Origin: Longimicrobiales bacterium
GTDB taxonomy: Bacteria; Gemmatimonadota; Gemmatimonadetes; Longimicrobiales; RSA9
Direction of reading: 5' to 3'
Length of the DNA stretch: 64,000 nucleotides
NCBI GenBank assembly: GCA_036374995.1
Contig: DASUSS010000093.1
Span: 45,945 to 109,944, forward strand
The first letter of the stretch is position 1. Each line of letters starts with the position of its first letter. Positions 17,194 through 25,383 of this stretch are shown one piece after another. A program made the translations under genes and the position numbers. The notes under the pieces were generated by a model, which was not told the DNA's origin, did no database searches, and saw only the letters and a list, made by a program, of their open reading frames with translations.

Positions 17194-18245
17194 GCGTATT
17201 CCTCCATGTACTGCCGCGCCTGACCGACCGCGTGTGCGGACGCGCGCACGAGCCAGCCGGCGGGTGCGTCGCGCCGCGCCGCGAGCATGAGCACGGCATC
17301 TACGCCGGCCGGCGTGAGGTGGAGCAGCGCGTGCTCGGCATCGAGCAGGATGCCGCGCCACGTGCCCAGCGCGAGGTGACGCGCCGTGCGGGTCGCTTCG
17401 CCGATCGCGCCACCCAGCACGGCACCGAGCACCGCGGCGTCACCGCGCATCGCCTCGGTCAGGCGACCGGCCAGAACGAGCCCCTTGCGATCGACGAGCA
17501 GCGCGCCGAGCAGCGGCCCGGCCGAGAGCAGATCGTCGAAGAGCAGGGTCGGATCGAGCGTGACCGGCCCGGCGACGGCGGCGATCGACGGTTCCGGGCG
17601 GACCTCGCGCGGCCTTTCGGCGGACGGGTCGGGCGCATCGTCCTCGGCGGCCGGCGCCGGCGCACGGCCATCGGCGGCCGGTGGCTGCGCACGGGCATCA
17701 GCGGTCGGCGCGTCCTCCTCCCGCGGGCCCGCGGGCTCGAGCATGAACGTGGGGCCGGCATCCGCGGCAGCCCACGGATCATCGCTGAACGAGATGTCGC
17801 GGGCGTGTGCGAGACCCGACTCCGTGATCTCCTGACGCGTGCCGAGCACGCGCAGCGCTTCCTGCACGGTCGGATCCTCGGGCCGGATCAGGGCGGCCCG
17901 CTCGAGCATCTGCCGCGCGCGGCTGAGCCGGTCCTGCTCGAGGAAGCAGAAGCCCATGCCGCGCAGCGCCTCGAAGTTGTCGGCATCGATGCGCAGCACC
18001 ATCGACCATTCGTCGGCGGCCTTCTCGTGATCGCCCTGGTCCAGGTACAGCATCGCGAGCAGGCCATGTGCCTCCACGTGCGCCGGATGCGCCTCGAGGC
18101 CGCGCAGGCAGAGCTGGAGCGAGGCGGCGCGCAGTCCCTGCTTGCGATAGGCACGCGCGAGCGGCAGGAACGCCAGCGATCGGGGATCGCGCGCCACCTC
18201 CTCGCTCCAGCGTTGCAGGTCGGCCTGTGCCGGTGTCTTCATCAT
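17190..18245 (-). CDS. TPR + C-terminal Roadblock/LC7 fusion protein (351 aa)
   Basis: N-terminal TPR helices (ARAYRKQGLRAASLQLCLRGLEAHP, HGLLAMLYLDQGDHEKAADEW...), then a Pro/Ala-rich linker. The C-terminus GPLLGALLVDRKGLVLAGRL...AVLMLAARRDAPAGWL is Roadblock-like. Confidence 0.65.
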   Translation of the reverse strand: MMKTPAQADLQRWSEEVARDPRSLAFLPLARAYRKQGLRAASLQLCLRGLEAHPAHVEAHGLLAMLYLDQGDHEKAADEWSMVLRIDADNFEALRGMGFCFLEQDRLSRARQMLERAALIRPEDPTVQEALRVLGTRQEITESGLAHARDISFSDDPWAAADAGPTFMLEPAGPREEDAPTADARAQPPAADGRAPAPAAEDDAPDPSAERPREVRPEPSIAAVAGPVTLDPTLLFDDLLSAGPLLGALLVDRKGLVLAGRLTEAMRGDAAVLGAVLGGAIGEATRTARHLALGTWRGILLDAEHALLHLTPAGVDAVLMLAARRDAPAGWLVRASAHAVGQARQYMEEYA

Positions 18246-18246
18246 C

Positions 18247-19374
18247 TCAATTCGTGATCACGCGCCGCACGATCTGCGTGAGCGCGCGCAGCGACGCGAG
18301 CGCCTGGGCCGCGAGCTGTCTCGGCTCTCCGTTCGGCGCCAGCCGCAGGAACGTTTCCCAGGCCTTCGTCGCGCGCTCCAGCTCGCCCGTGCGGATCGCA
18401 GCGAAGCCGAGCAGGTAGTGCGCGTCCAGTGACGTCGCGTCCAGCCCGACGGCGCGCGAGAACGATTCCGTCGCAGCCCGCATCCGGTTCTGGGCGACGA
18501 GCGTGCGACCGGTCAGGACGGCCAGATCGCCGCGCTCCGGGTACGACGTCTCGAGCTGCGTCGCGAGCTTCTGCGCCTCGTCCGCACGTCCCGCCGCGAG
18601 CAGCGCTTCGACATCCTCGATCGTCTGGCTCAGCTCCAGCTCCGGGATCCGCGTGCGCGGCTCGACGACCTCGAGCACGCCGGTGCTGACCAGACCATAC
18701 ACGATCTTCGCCACATCGAACGCGGAGCGGCCGAGGTCCGCCGCGAGCTGGCGTACGTCCCGCTCGCCATCGATCTCGGCGAGCACCTCCCACTCATCGG
18801 AGCGCAGCTCGAGCGGAGTCATCTCCCGGTCCGCGTTCGCGCCGAGCACCGGCACCGCCTCGGGACTCGGCACCTTCGCCTCCAGCCGTGTCCACTCGTC
18901 GATCCGCCGCGCTCCCTCCATGAGCAGCGACTCGACGCGCACGCGCGCCAGCAGCCGCTGCTCGCCGATCTCGCCCCGCTCCTCGAACTTGAAGTACCCC
19001 TCATCCCACGGCATGACCTCGTAGATCGTCTCCTCCATCTGGAACCGGAGCTGACGCTCCAGCTCCTCCTCCCCTACACTGCCCATCTCCAGAAGGATCT
19101 CGGCGAGGCGGCGAGTCGGGTCCGCACGTTGCAGCTCCAGCGCACGGTCCAGCTCGCGCTGTGTCAGCTTCCCCGCGCGGATCAGCAGCTGACCCAGGCG
19201 CCGCGTGGAGCGCCGGCGGACGGCGAAGACGATCGCGCCGCGCGACAGGTGGACGATCGCCTCGTCGTTCAGCCGCTCCGAGCGCACCGTCAGCACGCCG
19301 GTCTTGTGCGCCAGCTCCAGGAGCTGGAGCACATCCTGGATGCTCAGCTCGGCGAGCGCCCCCTCGATGGCCAC
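18247..19374 (-). CDS. PATAN (DUF4388) domain protein with C-terminal TPR-like region (375 aa)
   Basis: MAIEGALAELSIQDVLQLLELAHKTGVLTVRSERLNDEAIVHLSRGAIVFA fits the DUF4388/PATAN pattern and is paralogous to 12360..13982. The C-terminus has TPR-like helices. Confidence 0.7.
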   Translation of the reverse strand: MAIEGALAELSIQDVLQLLELAHKTGVLTVRSERLNDEAIVHLSRGAIVFAVRRRSTRRLGQLLIRAGKLTQRELDRALELQRADPTRRLAEILLEMGSVGEEELERQLRFQMEETIYEVMPWDEGYFKFEERGEIGEQRLLARVRVESLLMEGARRIDEWTRLEAKVPSPEAVPVLGANADREMTPLELRSDEWEVLAEIDGERDVRQLAADLGRSAFDVAKIVYGLVSTGVLEVVEPRTRIPELELSQTIEDVEALLAAGRADEAQKLATQLETSYPERGDLAVLTGRTLVAQNRMRAATESFSRAVGLDATSLDAHYLLGFAAIRTGELERATKAWETFLRLAPNGEPRQLAAQALASLRALTQIVRRVITN

Positions 19375-19377
19375 GAC

Positions 19378-22032
19378 TCAGCGCTCCGGTCCGAGTGCCG
19401 CGAGGGCCGCCGCGGCCCGCTCGTGTCGCGGCTGGAGTCGCAGCACGCGCTGGTACGCCTGGCGCGCGTCGTCGGTGCGGCCGTCCTTCACGAGCAGCTC
19501 GGCCAGCCGGACGAGCGCCTCCATCGCGTACGGATCCATGGTCAGCAGATCGATCATGACGTGCACGGCCTCGCGCACGCGGCCCCGTCGCTCCAGGAGG
19601 TCCGCCAGGCCCGTCGCCGCCTCGCCGTAGCTCGGAAGCACCCGCAACGCCGCACGATATTCCGACTCCGCCTCCTGCACGCGCCCGTCCTGCGCGAGCA
19701 CACGAGCGAGCGCGGTGCGCGCTGCCACCGCCATGGTGTCGCTCGCAACGGCGCGACGGAGCGTAGTCTCCGCACCATCCGCGTTCCCCGCGGCCGCGTA
19801 TGCCGACCCCAGCTCGGTGAGCAGGTGCGAGTCATCGGGCGCGGCCAGGCGGGCCTGCTCGAGCACGAGCGCGGCGCGCGCATAGTCGTGAACGCGGGCC
19901 AGCGCGCCGCCGAGCGTGCGCAGCGCCTCGACGTCGTTCGGCGAAAGCTCGCACAGCCGCTCCGCGGCTTCGACCGCTTCCGTCATGCGGCCGAGATCCA
20001 TGAGGGACCGCGCGGCACCGTGCAGCGCGGTTCGGAGCGACTGATCCTCCTCGCCGACCTCGCTGCGCGCGATCTCCGCCAGCGCGTCGTTGAACCGGTC
20101 CACCGCTTCGCCGGACAGCCCACGCCGCAGGAAGACCTCGCCCTGGAGCAGCAGCACATCGATGCGCGGCGCACCCATCATCGCGGCCCGCTGCGCTTCG
20201 GCACTCGCCTGCTCCAGCATGCCGCGATCCATCGACTGCCGTGCGGCGTCCAGCAGGTCGCGGCCGGGTGCCTCGGCCTCGGGCCGTGCCTGCGGCCGGG
20301 CCGACTCGATGAACACCTCATCCAGCACGCCCGGCTGGAAATGGAACGCATCGATCACCTCACCGCCTGCAACCCGCGCGGCGGGATCCAGCTCGGGCGC
20401 CAGCACGCTCGCTTCCTCGAACTGCAGATCGATCAGCAGCCGGAACCGCGGCGTGGGAATGTAGGGGTTGAGGTCCAGCGCATGCTTCGTCTCGTTCAGC
20501 GCGCCGGCATAGTCACCGAGCGCCGACATCGCGAACGCGAGGTGATAACGGGCCTCGGCCAGCGATGGATCCAGCTCGACCGCGCGGAGCAGATGGACCC
20601 GCGCCTGCTCCGCGTGACCCATCTCAAGCAGCAGAATCCCGTATCCGGTCAACGCCTGCGCGGCGGACGGGTTCGCCTCGATCGCGCTCTGGTACGCCCG
20701 CAGACTCTCCTCCCGGCGCCCCTCGCGGTGCAGCATGAGCGCGAAGTTGCGCCACAGATCGCCGAGCGCACGGCCTTCCCTGACTGCCGCCTGGAACGCC
20801 GGTTCCGCATCCGGCGCACCGCGATGGTGCCGCACGATCGCGAGGTTGTTCCAGGCCAGTGCGTAGTTCGGATCGATCTCGAGCGACCGGTAGTACGCCC
20901 CCTCGGCTTCCTCCAGGTCGCCCATCTGGTGCCGGACCACGCCGAGCTCGTTCCACAGCTTCGGACTGGCCGGCTCCTGCTGGATGAGCGATGCGTACAG
21001 CTCGAGCGCCTCCTCGCCCTGTCCTCGCAGCAGCAGCATCTCCGCCTGCGCCTGCTGCACCAGATACGTGTCCTCGCCGCGCTCGGTCGCGAGCCGGAAC
21101 TCGCGCAGCGCCTCGTCGTACAGCGCCTTCTGCCGGAACGCCAGGCCGAGGTTGTAGTGTGCCAGCTCGCCGCCCGCAGCCACGCGCGGCGAGCCCGTCC
21201 CGCGCTCGCCGACCAGCTCCTCGTAGCGCGCCGTGCTGTAGCTGTCGAGCGACAGCCCCGCCTCGGCCTTCGCGTAGCTCGGGTTCAGCTGAGCCGCGCG
21301 GTTCGCCGTCTCCGTCGCGCGCTCCGTGTCGCCGAGATCGCCGTAGACGAAGGCGAGCAGATGGTGCGCGTCGGCCAGACCGGGGTCGAGCTGAATCGCG
21401 CGCTCCAGCGGCTCGCGCGCGTCGCCGCTCAGCCCGCGCTGGTACTGCACCTCCCCGATCATGAAATGGACCCGTGCACTGGTTCCGTCCAGCGCTTCCG
21501 CGCTGCGCAGTGCGGCGAGCGCCGCCTCCAGGTCGCCCTTCTTCAGCTCCGCCCGCGCGAGTCGCTGGTACACGGCCGCATCGTTGGGGCGGACCGCCAG
21601 CAGCTCGTGCAACTCGCGCACGGCCGCATCGGCGTCCCCGCTGTTGAAGTAGGCCCGCGCCAGCTGGTCGCGCGCCTCCGCGTCCAGCGGGTCCGCCTCC
21701 AGCCGCTGCCGCAGCTGCGAGCTCAGCCGCTCGAAGTGACCGGTGCCGAAGTAGGCGATCTGGAGATTTCGCTCGGCGACCTGCATCCGCGGATCGATCT
21801 CCAGCGCGCGCTCGAACTGGTCGACCGCATCCTGGTACAACCCCTTGTTGTAGAAGACCACGCCGAGGTTGTTGTGCGCACCCGCATCCTGCGGATTGAT
21901 GCGACGGGCGAGCGCACGCAGGATCTCGAGGTCGCGCTCGGAGCGCGGCGAGGTGCCGGGCGGATGCCGGCCGCCCTCACCTCGATCCGTCCAGGGCATC
22001 GACGCAGGAACACGGGTCGGCTGTGTGCTCAT
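19378..22032 (-). CDS. large TPR repeat protein (884 aa)
   Basis: TPR consensus units run throughout (AHNNLGVVFYNKGLYQDAVDQFERALEIDP, ALAWNNLAIVRHHRG..., and others). No other domain seen. Its ATG overlaps the cheC stop by 1 nt. Confidence 0.8.
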   Translation of the reverse strand: MSTQPTRVPASMPWTDRGEGGRHPPGTSPRSERDLEILRALARRINPQDAGAHNNLGVVFYNKGLYQDAVDQFERALEIDPRMQVAERNLQIAYFGTGHFERLSSQLRQRLEADPLDAEARDQLARAYFNSGDADAAVRELHELLAVRPNDAAVYQRLARAELKKGDLEAALAALRSAEALDGTSARVHFMIGEVQYQRGLSGDAREPLERAIQLDPGLADAHHLLAFVYGDLGDTERATETANRAAQLNPSYAKAEAGLSLDSYSTARYEELVGERGTGSPRVAAGGELAHYNLGLAFRQKALYDEALREFRLATERGEDTYLVQQAQAEMLLLRGQGEEALELYASLIQQEPASPKLWNELGVVRHQMGDLEEAEGAYYRSLEIDPNYALAWNNLAIVRHHRGAPDAEPAFQAAVREGRALGDLWRNFALMLHREGRREESLRAYQSAIEANPSAAQALTGYGILLLEMGHAEQARVHLLRAVELDPSLAEARYHLAFAMSALGDYAGALNETKHALDLNPYIPTPRFRLLIDLQFEEASVLAPELDPAARVAGGEVIDAFHFQPGVLDEVFIESARPQARPEAEAPGRDLLDAARQSMDRGMLEQASAEAQRAAMMGAPRIDVLLLQGEVFLRRGLSGEAVDRFNDALAEIARSEVGEEDQSLRTALHGAARSLMDLGRMTEAVEAAERLCELSPNDVEALRTLGGALARVHDYARAALVLEQARLAAPDDSHLLTELGSAYAAAGNADGAETTLRRAVASDTMAVAARTALARVLAQDGRVQEAESEYRAALRVLPSYGEAATGLADLLERRGRVREAVHVMIDLLTMDPYAMEALVRLAELLVKDGRTDDARQAYQRVLRLQPRHERAAAALAALGPER

Positions 22033-22646
22033 CAGGCCAGCTTCATCATACGCAGCATGATCTGGAGCGACGCCGCATCGGGGATCAGCAGGAAATGGCC
22101 GCGGATGTGCTCCTCACCCATGCTCATTCCGGTGTTCACGCACAGCACGTAGTCGTGGGCCTCGCCGAAGTTGAGATAGCTCGTGGTCATGACCGCGCCG
22201 ACCATGTCGATCGCTATCGCCGGAACCGACATGATCAGCAGCAGCCCCATGAAGTCCGACAGCGCATTCAGGTAGGCACCCACGATGATGTTGCCGATCT
22301 CCTTGAGCGTATTCTGATGCTCGTCCGTGAACTCGTCCGGGAACACGGGCTCGCGGTCACCGGTCAGGATGCTGATGAGCTTCACCGCCGAGGCGCCCGG
22401 GAAGATCTGGAGTGTCCGGCCGGTGACATCGCCGAGCACCTTCATCATCACCGCGGCCACGACATCGTCGGGCGCGCCCGTCACGCTGCCGACGTCCTCG
22501 AGGCGTATGATGCTGACCTCGGGCACATCGATCATGATGACGCGATCGGTCATCTGCGACAGCGCCGTGGCCGCGTGGCCGGCGCCGATGTTCGCGATTT
22601 CGCGCATTGCGTCGAGTTGCGACGCGTCGAGCGTGCGTAGATCCAT
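22032..22646 (-). CDS. cheC: CheY-P phosphatase CheC
   Basis: 204 aa with both CheC active-site motifs, DAMREIANIGAGHAATAL...VP and NTLKEIGNIIVGAYLNAL...VP. Confidence 0.85.
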   Translation of the reverse strand: MDLRTLDASQLDAMREIANIGAGHAATALSQMTDRVIMIDVPEVSIIRLEDVGSVTGAPDDVVAAVMMKVLGDVTGRTLQIFPGASAVKLISILTGDREPVFPDEFTDEHQNTLKEIGNIIVGAYLNALSDFMGLLLIMSVPAIAIDMVGAVMTTSYLNFGEAHDYVLCVNTGMSMGEEHIRGHFLLIPDAASLQIMLRMMKLA

Positions 22647-22654
22647 CTACGACC

Positions 22655-24442
22655 TCATATCACGCTGAGCGGGTCGAGCACCAGAGCCGGCCGCCCGTCG
22701 GCGAGCAGGGTCGCCCCCGAGAAGAAGGGGAGCATTCCCGTCACACCGTCGAACGTCCGCACGAGGATCTGTTCGCGACCGACGAGCTCGTCGACGGCGA
22801 GCGCGGCGCGGCGATCACCGATCTCGGCGATCACGGCCGCGTTCTCGGTCCCGTCGGCCTCCACGCGCAGCACGCGCCGCAGGCGGACGAGCGGCACGGC
22901 ATGGTTGCGGACGTGCAGGACGCGCGCGCCGTTCATGGCAGCGCCATCCAGCTCGACGGCCTCCGTGACGTGCGTCAGCGGGATCGCGTAATCCTCTCCG
23001 CCGACGCGCACGCGCAGCGCCTGTGCGACGGCGAGCGTGATCGGCAGACGCAGGGTGAACGAAGTACCGGCGCCCGGCTTCGTGCGCATGTCGATCGCAC
23101 CGCCCAGAGCCCGCACGCGGTTCACCACGACATCCACGCCCACGCCACGGCCGGACACCGTGCTGACCTCGTCGGCCGTCGACAGACCCGGTGTGCTCAT
23201 GAGCCGGAACAGGTCCTCGTCCGTCGCCGGCGGCTCGTCCTCAGCATACAGCCCGGCCGCCCGTGCCTTCTCGGCGACGCGCTCCGCGGAAACGCCGCGG
23301 CCGTCATCGTCCACGACGATACGCACGCTGCCCCGCTCACGCTCGGCGCGCACGCGGATCCTGCCGCGCGGCCGCTTGCCCGCCGCACGCCGGTCCGCGG
23401 CACCCTCGATCCCGTGATCGACCGCATTGCGCAGCAGGTGTACGAGCGGCTCGCCGATCTCGTCGAGGATGGCGCGGTCCAGCTCGACGTCTTCGCCCTC
23501 GAGCACCAGCTCCACTTCGCGCCCCACGGCACGGGCCGCATCGCGCACCACACGCGGCAGGCGGGCGAACACCTCGCGCACCGGTACCATGCGCAGGGCG
23601 CGCATGTCGTGCTCCAGCTCGCCGAGCACTGCACCGACACGATCGATCATCTCGCTCACCTGCGTCGGGAGCGGCGCCTGTTGCAGGCGCGCGTAGAGCA
23701 CCGACAGCTCGCCCAGCCCATCGGCCAGGCCGTCCAGCCGCTGCACATCCACGCGCACCTGACGGGCGTGCCGTGCCGCCGCTGCGCCGTTGCCGGGCGC
23801 GCCGACCCGCCGCAGCTCCACCGTGTCCACGTCACCCGCGCCGCGGATTGCCGACTCGACTGCCGTCTGATCCGCGCTGCTGTCGAGAAAGATGACGAAC
23901 GCACCGTCGAACTCATCGTCGAAGGCGGCGGGATCGGAGCCGAGCATGCCCGGCAGGCTCTCCAGCGCGCGGAGGATGAGGGCGGCGCGGGCGCCCTTGA
24001 TCGGCGCATCGGCGCGGAGCCGGACGTGTGCGAGCGTCGTGGTACCTTCCGGAGCCCGGTGGGCACTGCCGGACTGCGCGGGCCGCTCTGCGGATTCGGG
24101 GGTCGGGCCGTGCGGTCCGGACGGCGTCGTGAGCACCGCACCGCTGATCGCGTCCTCGAGCTCATCGGCGCCGGCGAGGAGGGCATCGATGACCTCGGCC
24201 TCGGCCCGGAGTGTGCCCGCACGGATCGCGTCGAGACGGTCCTCCAGCCGGTGCGCGAGATCGGCAACCGCGTCATAGCCCATCGCGGCCGAGATACCCT
24301 TCAGCGTATGCGCCGCGCGGAACGCCTCCGCCACGGTATCACTGCCCGCGCCCGCTTCCAGCTCGATCAGGCTGCGCTGCAGCAGCCGGATGTGCTCCTG
24401 CGTCTCCGAGACGTAGAGGTCGACGAATTTGCGGAGATCCAT
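22655..24442 (-). CDS. cheA: chemotaxis histidine kinase CheA
   Basis: Hpt P1 with phospho-His box AAHTLKGISAAMG. Kinase core HLLRNAVDHGIE, DDGRGV and GRGVGVDVV. C-terminal CheW-like domain (EDYAIPLTHVTE...). Start at ATG 24442 (MDLRKFVDLY), 5 nt after the cheY stop. Confidence 0.9.
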   Translation of the reverse strand: MDLRKFVDLYVSETQEHIRLLQRSLIELEAGAGSDTVAEAFRAAHTLKGISAAMGYDAVADLAHRLEDRLDAIRAGTLRAEAEVIDALLAGADELEDAISGAVLTTPSGPHGPTPESAERPAQSGSAHRAPEGTTTLAHVRLRADAPIKGARAALILRALESLPGMLGSDPAAFDDEFDGAFVIFLDSSADQTAVESAIRGAGDVDTVELRRVGAPGNGAAAARHARQVRVDVQRLDGLADGLGELSVLYARLQQAPLPTQVSEMIDRVGAVLGELEHDMRALRMVPVREVFARLPRVVRDAARAVGREVELVLEGEDVELDRAILDEIGEPLVHLLRNAVDHGIEGAADRRAAGKRPRGRIRVRAERERGSVRIVVDDDGRGVSAERVAEKARAAGLYAEDEPPATDEDLFRLMSTPGLSTADEVSTVSGRGVGVDVVVNRVRALGGAIDMRTKPGAGTSFTLRLPITLAVAQALRVRVGGEDYAIPLTHVTEAVELDGAAMNGARVLHVRNHAVPLVRLRRVLRVEADGTENAAVIAEIGDRRAALAVDELVGREQILVRTFDGVTGMLPFFSGATLLADGRPALVLDPLSVI

Positions 24443-24447
24443 GCGGA

Positions 24448-24810
24448 CTAGCCGAGGACGCGCTGCACCGCCTCCAGCACGCGGGATGGCTGGAACGGCT
24501 TTACGACGAAATCGCGTGCGCCCGCCTGGATCGCTTCGATCACCAGCGCCTGCTGACCCATCGCGCTGCACATGAGGATGCGCGCCTGCGGATGTTCCTT
24601 GACGATCGCGCGCACGGCATCGATACCACCCATGTCCGGCATGACGATGTCCATCGTGACGAGGTCCGGCTGCAGCTGCTTGTACAGCTTCACCGCTTCC
24701 GCTCCCGTCTGCGCTTCTCCGACGACCTCGAAGCCCGCGCCCTTGAGGATGTCCGCGAGCATGCTGCGCATGAAGAGCGCATCGTCACAGATCAGGACCG
24801 TTCTCGCCAT
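24448..24810 (-). CDS. cheY: response regulator CheY
   Basis: 120-aa single receiver: VLICDDALFMR, VTMDIVMPDMGG, MCSAMG and VVKPF. Confidence 0.9.
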   Translation of the reverse strand: MARTVLICDDALFMRSMLADILKGAGFEVVGEAQTGAEAVKLYKQLQPDLVTMDIVMPDMGGIDAVRAIVKEHPQARILMCSAMGQQALVIEAIQAGARDFVVKPFQPSRVLEAVQRVLG

Positions 24811-24839
24811 GGGGTGTTGTCCTCGCCAGTAGTTTCCGC

Positions 24840-25289
24840 TCAGCCGGGCAGCAGTCGACCCAGCAGCGACTGCGGATCCAGAGCCGTGAAGGCCGTGTCG
24901 GCCAAATGCCCCGTTCCCAACACGCCCGGCGTACTGCCCGCCCGATCGATGCGTGCCGGCGCGATATCGACGACATCTTCAACGACAGCGCCCACGAGGC
25001 GCGCTCCCAGTTCGAGAAGCAGCAGACGGTGGTCGGGGAGAGATGCGGCACTGCGCAGACCCAGCACGGCGCCGAGATCGAAGACCGTGATCACGCGACC
25101 GCGCACGCCGACGAGGCCGCACACCTCGCGGCCGGCGCCGGGCAGCCGGGTGAACGGCCGCGGCGTTATGATCTCACTGACACCGTCCAGCGGAACTCCG
25201 TACCGTCTGTCCTCGCACGAGAACACCACCCACGGCAGAACTGCGGGCGCGTGCGTTCCGGCTTCGGCGACGACGGCGGTCTTCGACAC
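24840..25289 (-). CDS. cheW: coupling protein CheW (start uncertain)
   Basis: CheW fold: WVVFSCEDRRYGVPLDGVSEIITP...VCGLVGVRGRVITVFDLGAVLG. ORF track 24840..25469 runs into rluD. An in-frame GTG at 25289 gives about 150 aa, and TTG at 25394 is an alternative. Confidence 0.75.
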   Translation of the reverse strand: MSKTAVVAEAGTHAPAVLPWVVFSCEDRRYGVPLDGVSEIITPRPFTRLPGAGREVCGLVGVRGRVITVFDLGAVLGLRSAASLPDHRLLLLELGARLVGAVVEDVVDIAPARIDRAGSTPGVLGTGHLADTAFTALDPQSLLGRLLPG

Positions 25290-25383
25290 AGATTCCCGCT
25301 GGGATGCGACGTCGCGCGCTGATTCCGCGGCGTCCTTACCACTCGGTTGGGCGACTGAAGATACTGCCCGGCCGCTCCCTCGG

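Noticed and set aside
19129-22152. 1007-aa plus-strand ORF. Similar long ORFs occur at 13912..15915, 24211..26403, 27688..30204 and 58766..61387, and on the minus strand at 47342..50671.
   Set aside because: Each lies antisense to a gene with clear motifs. Their translations are Arg/Ala/Pro/Gly-rich low-complexity sequence without motifs. Long stop-free antisense frames are expected at this G+C content.
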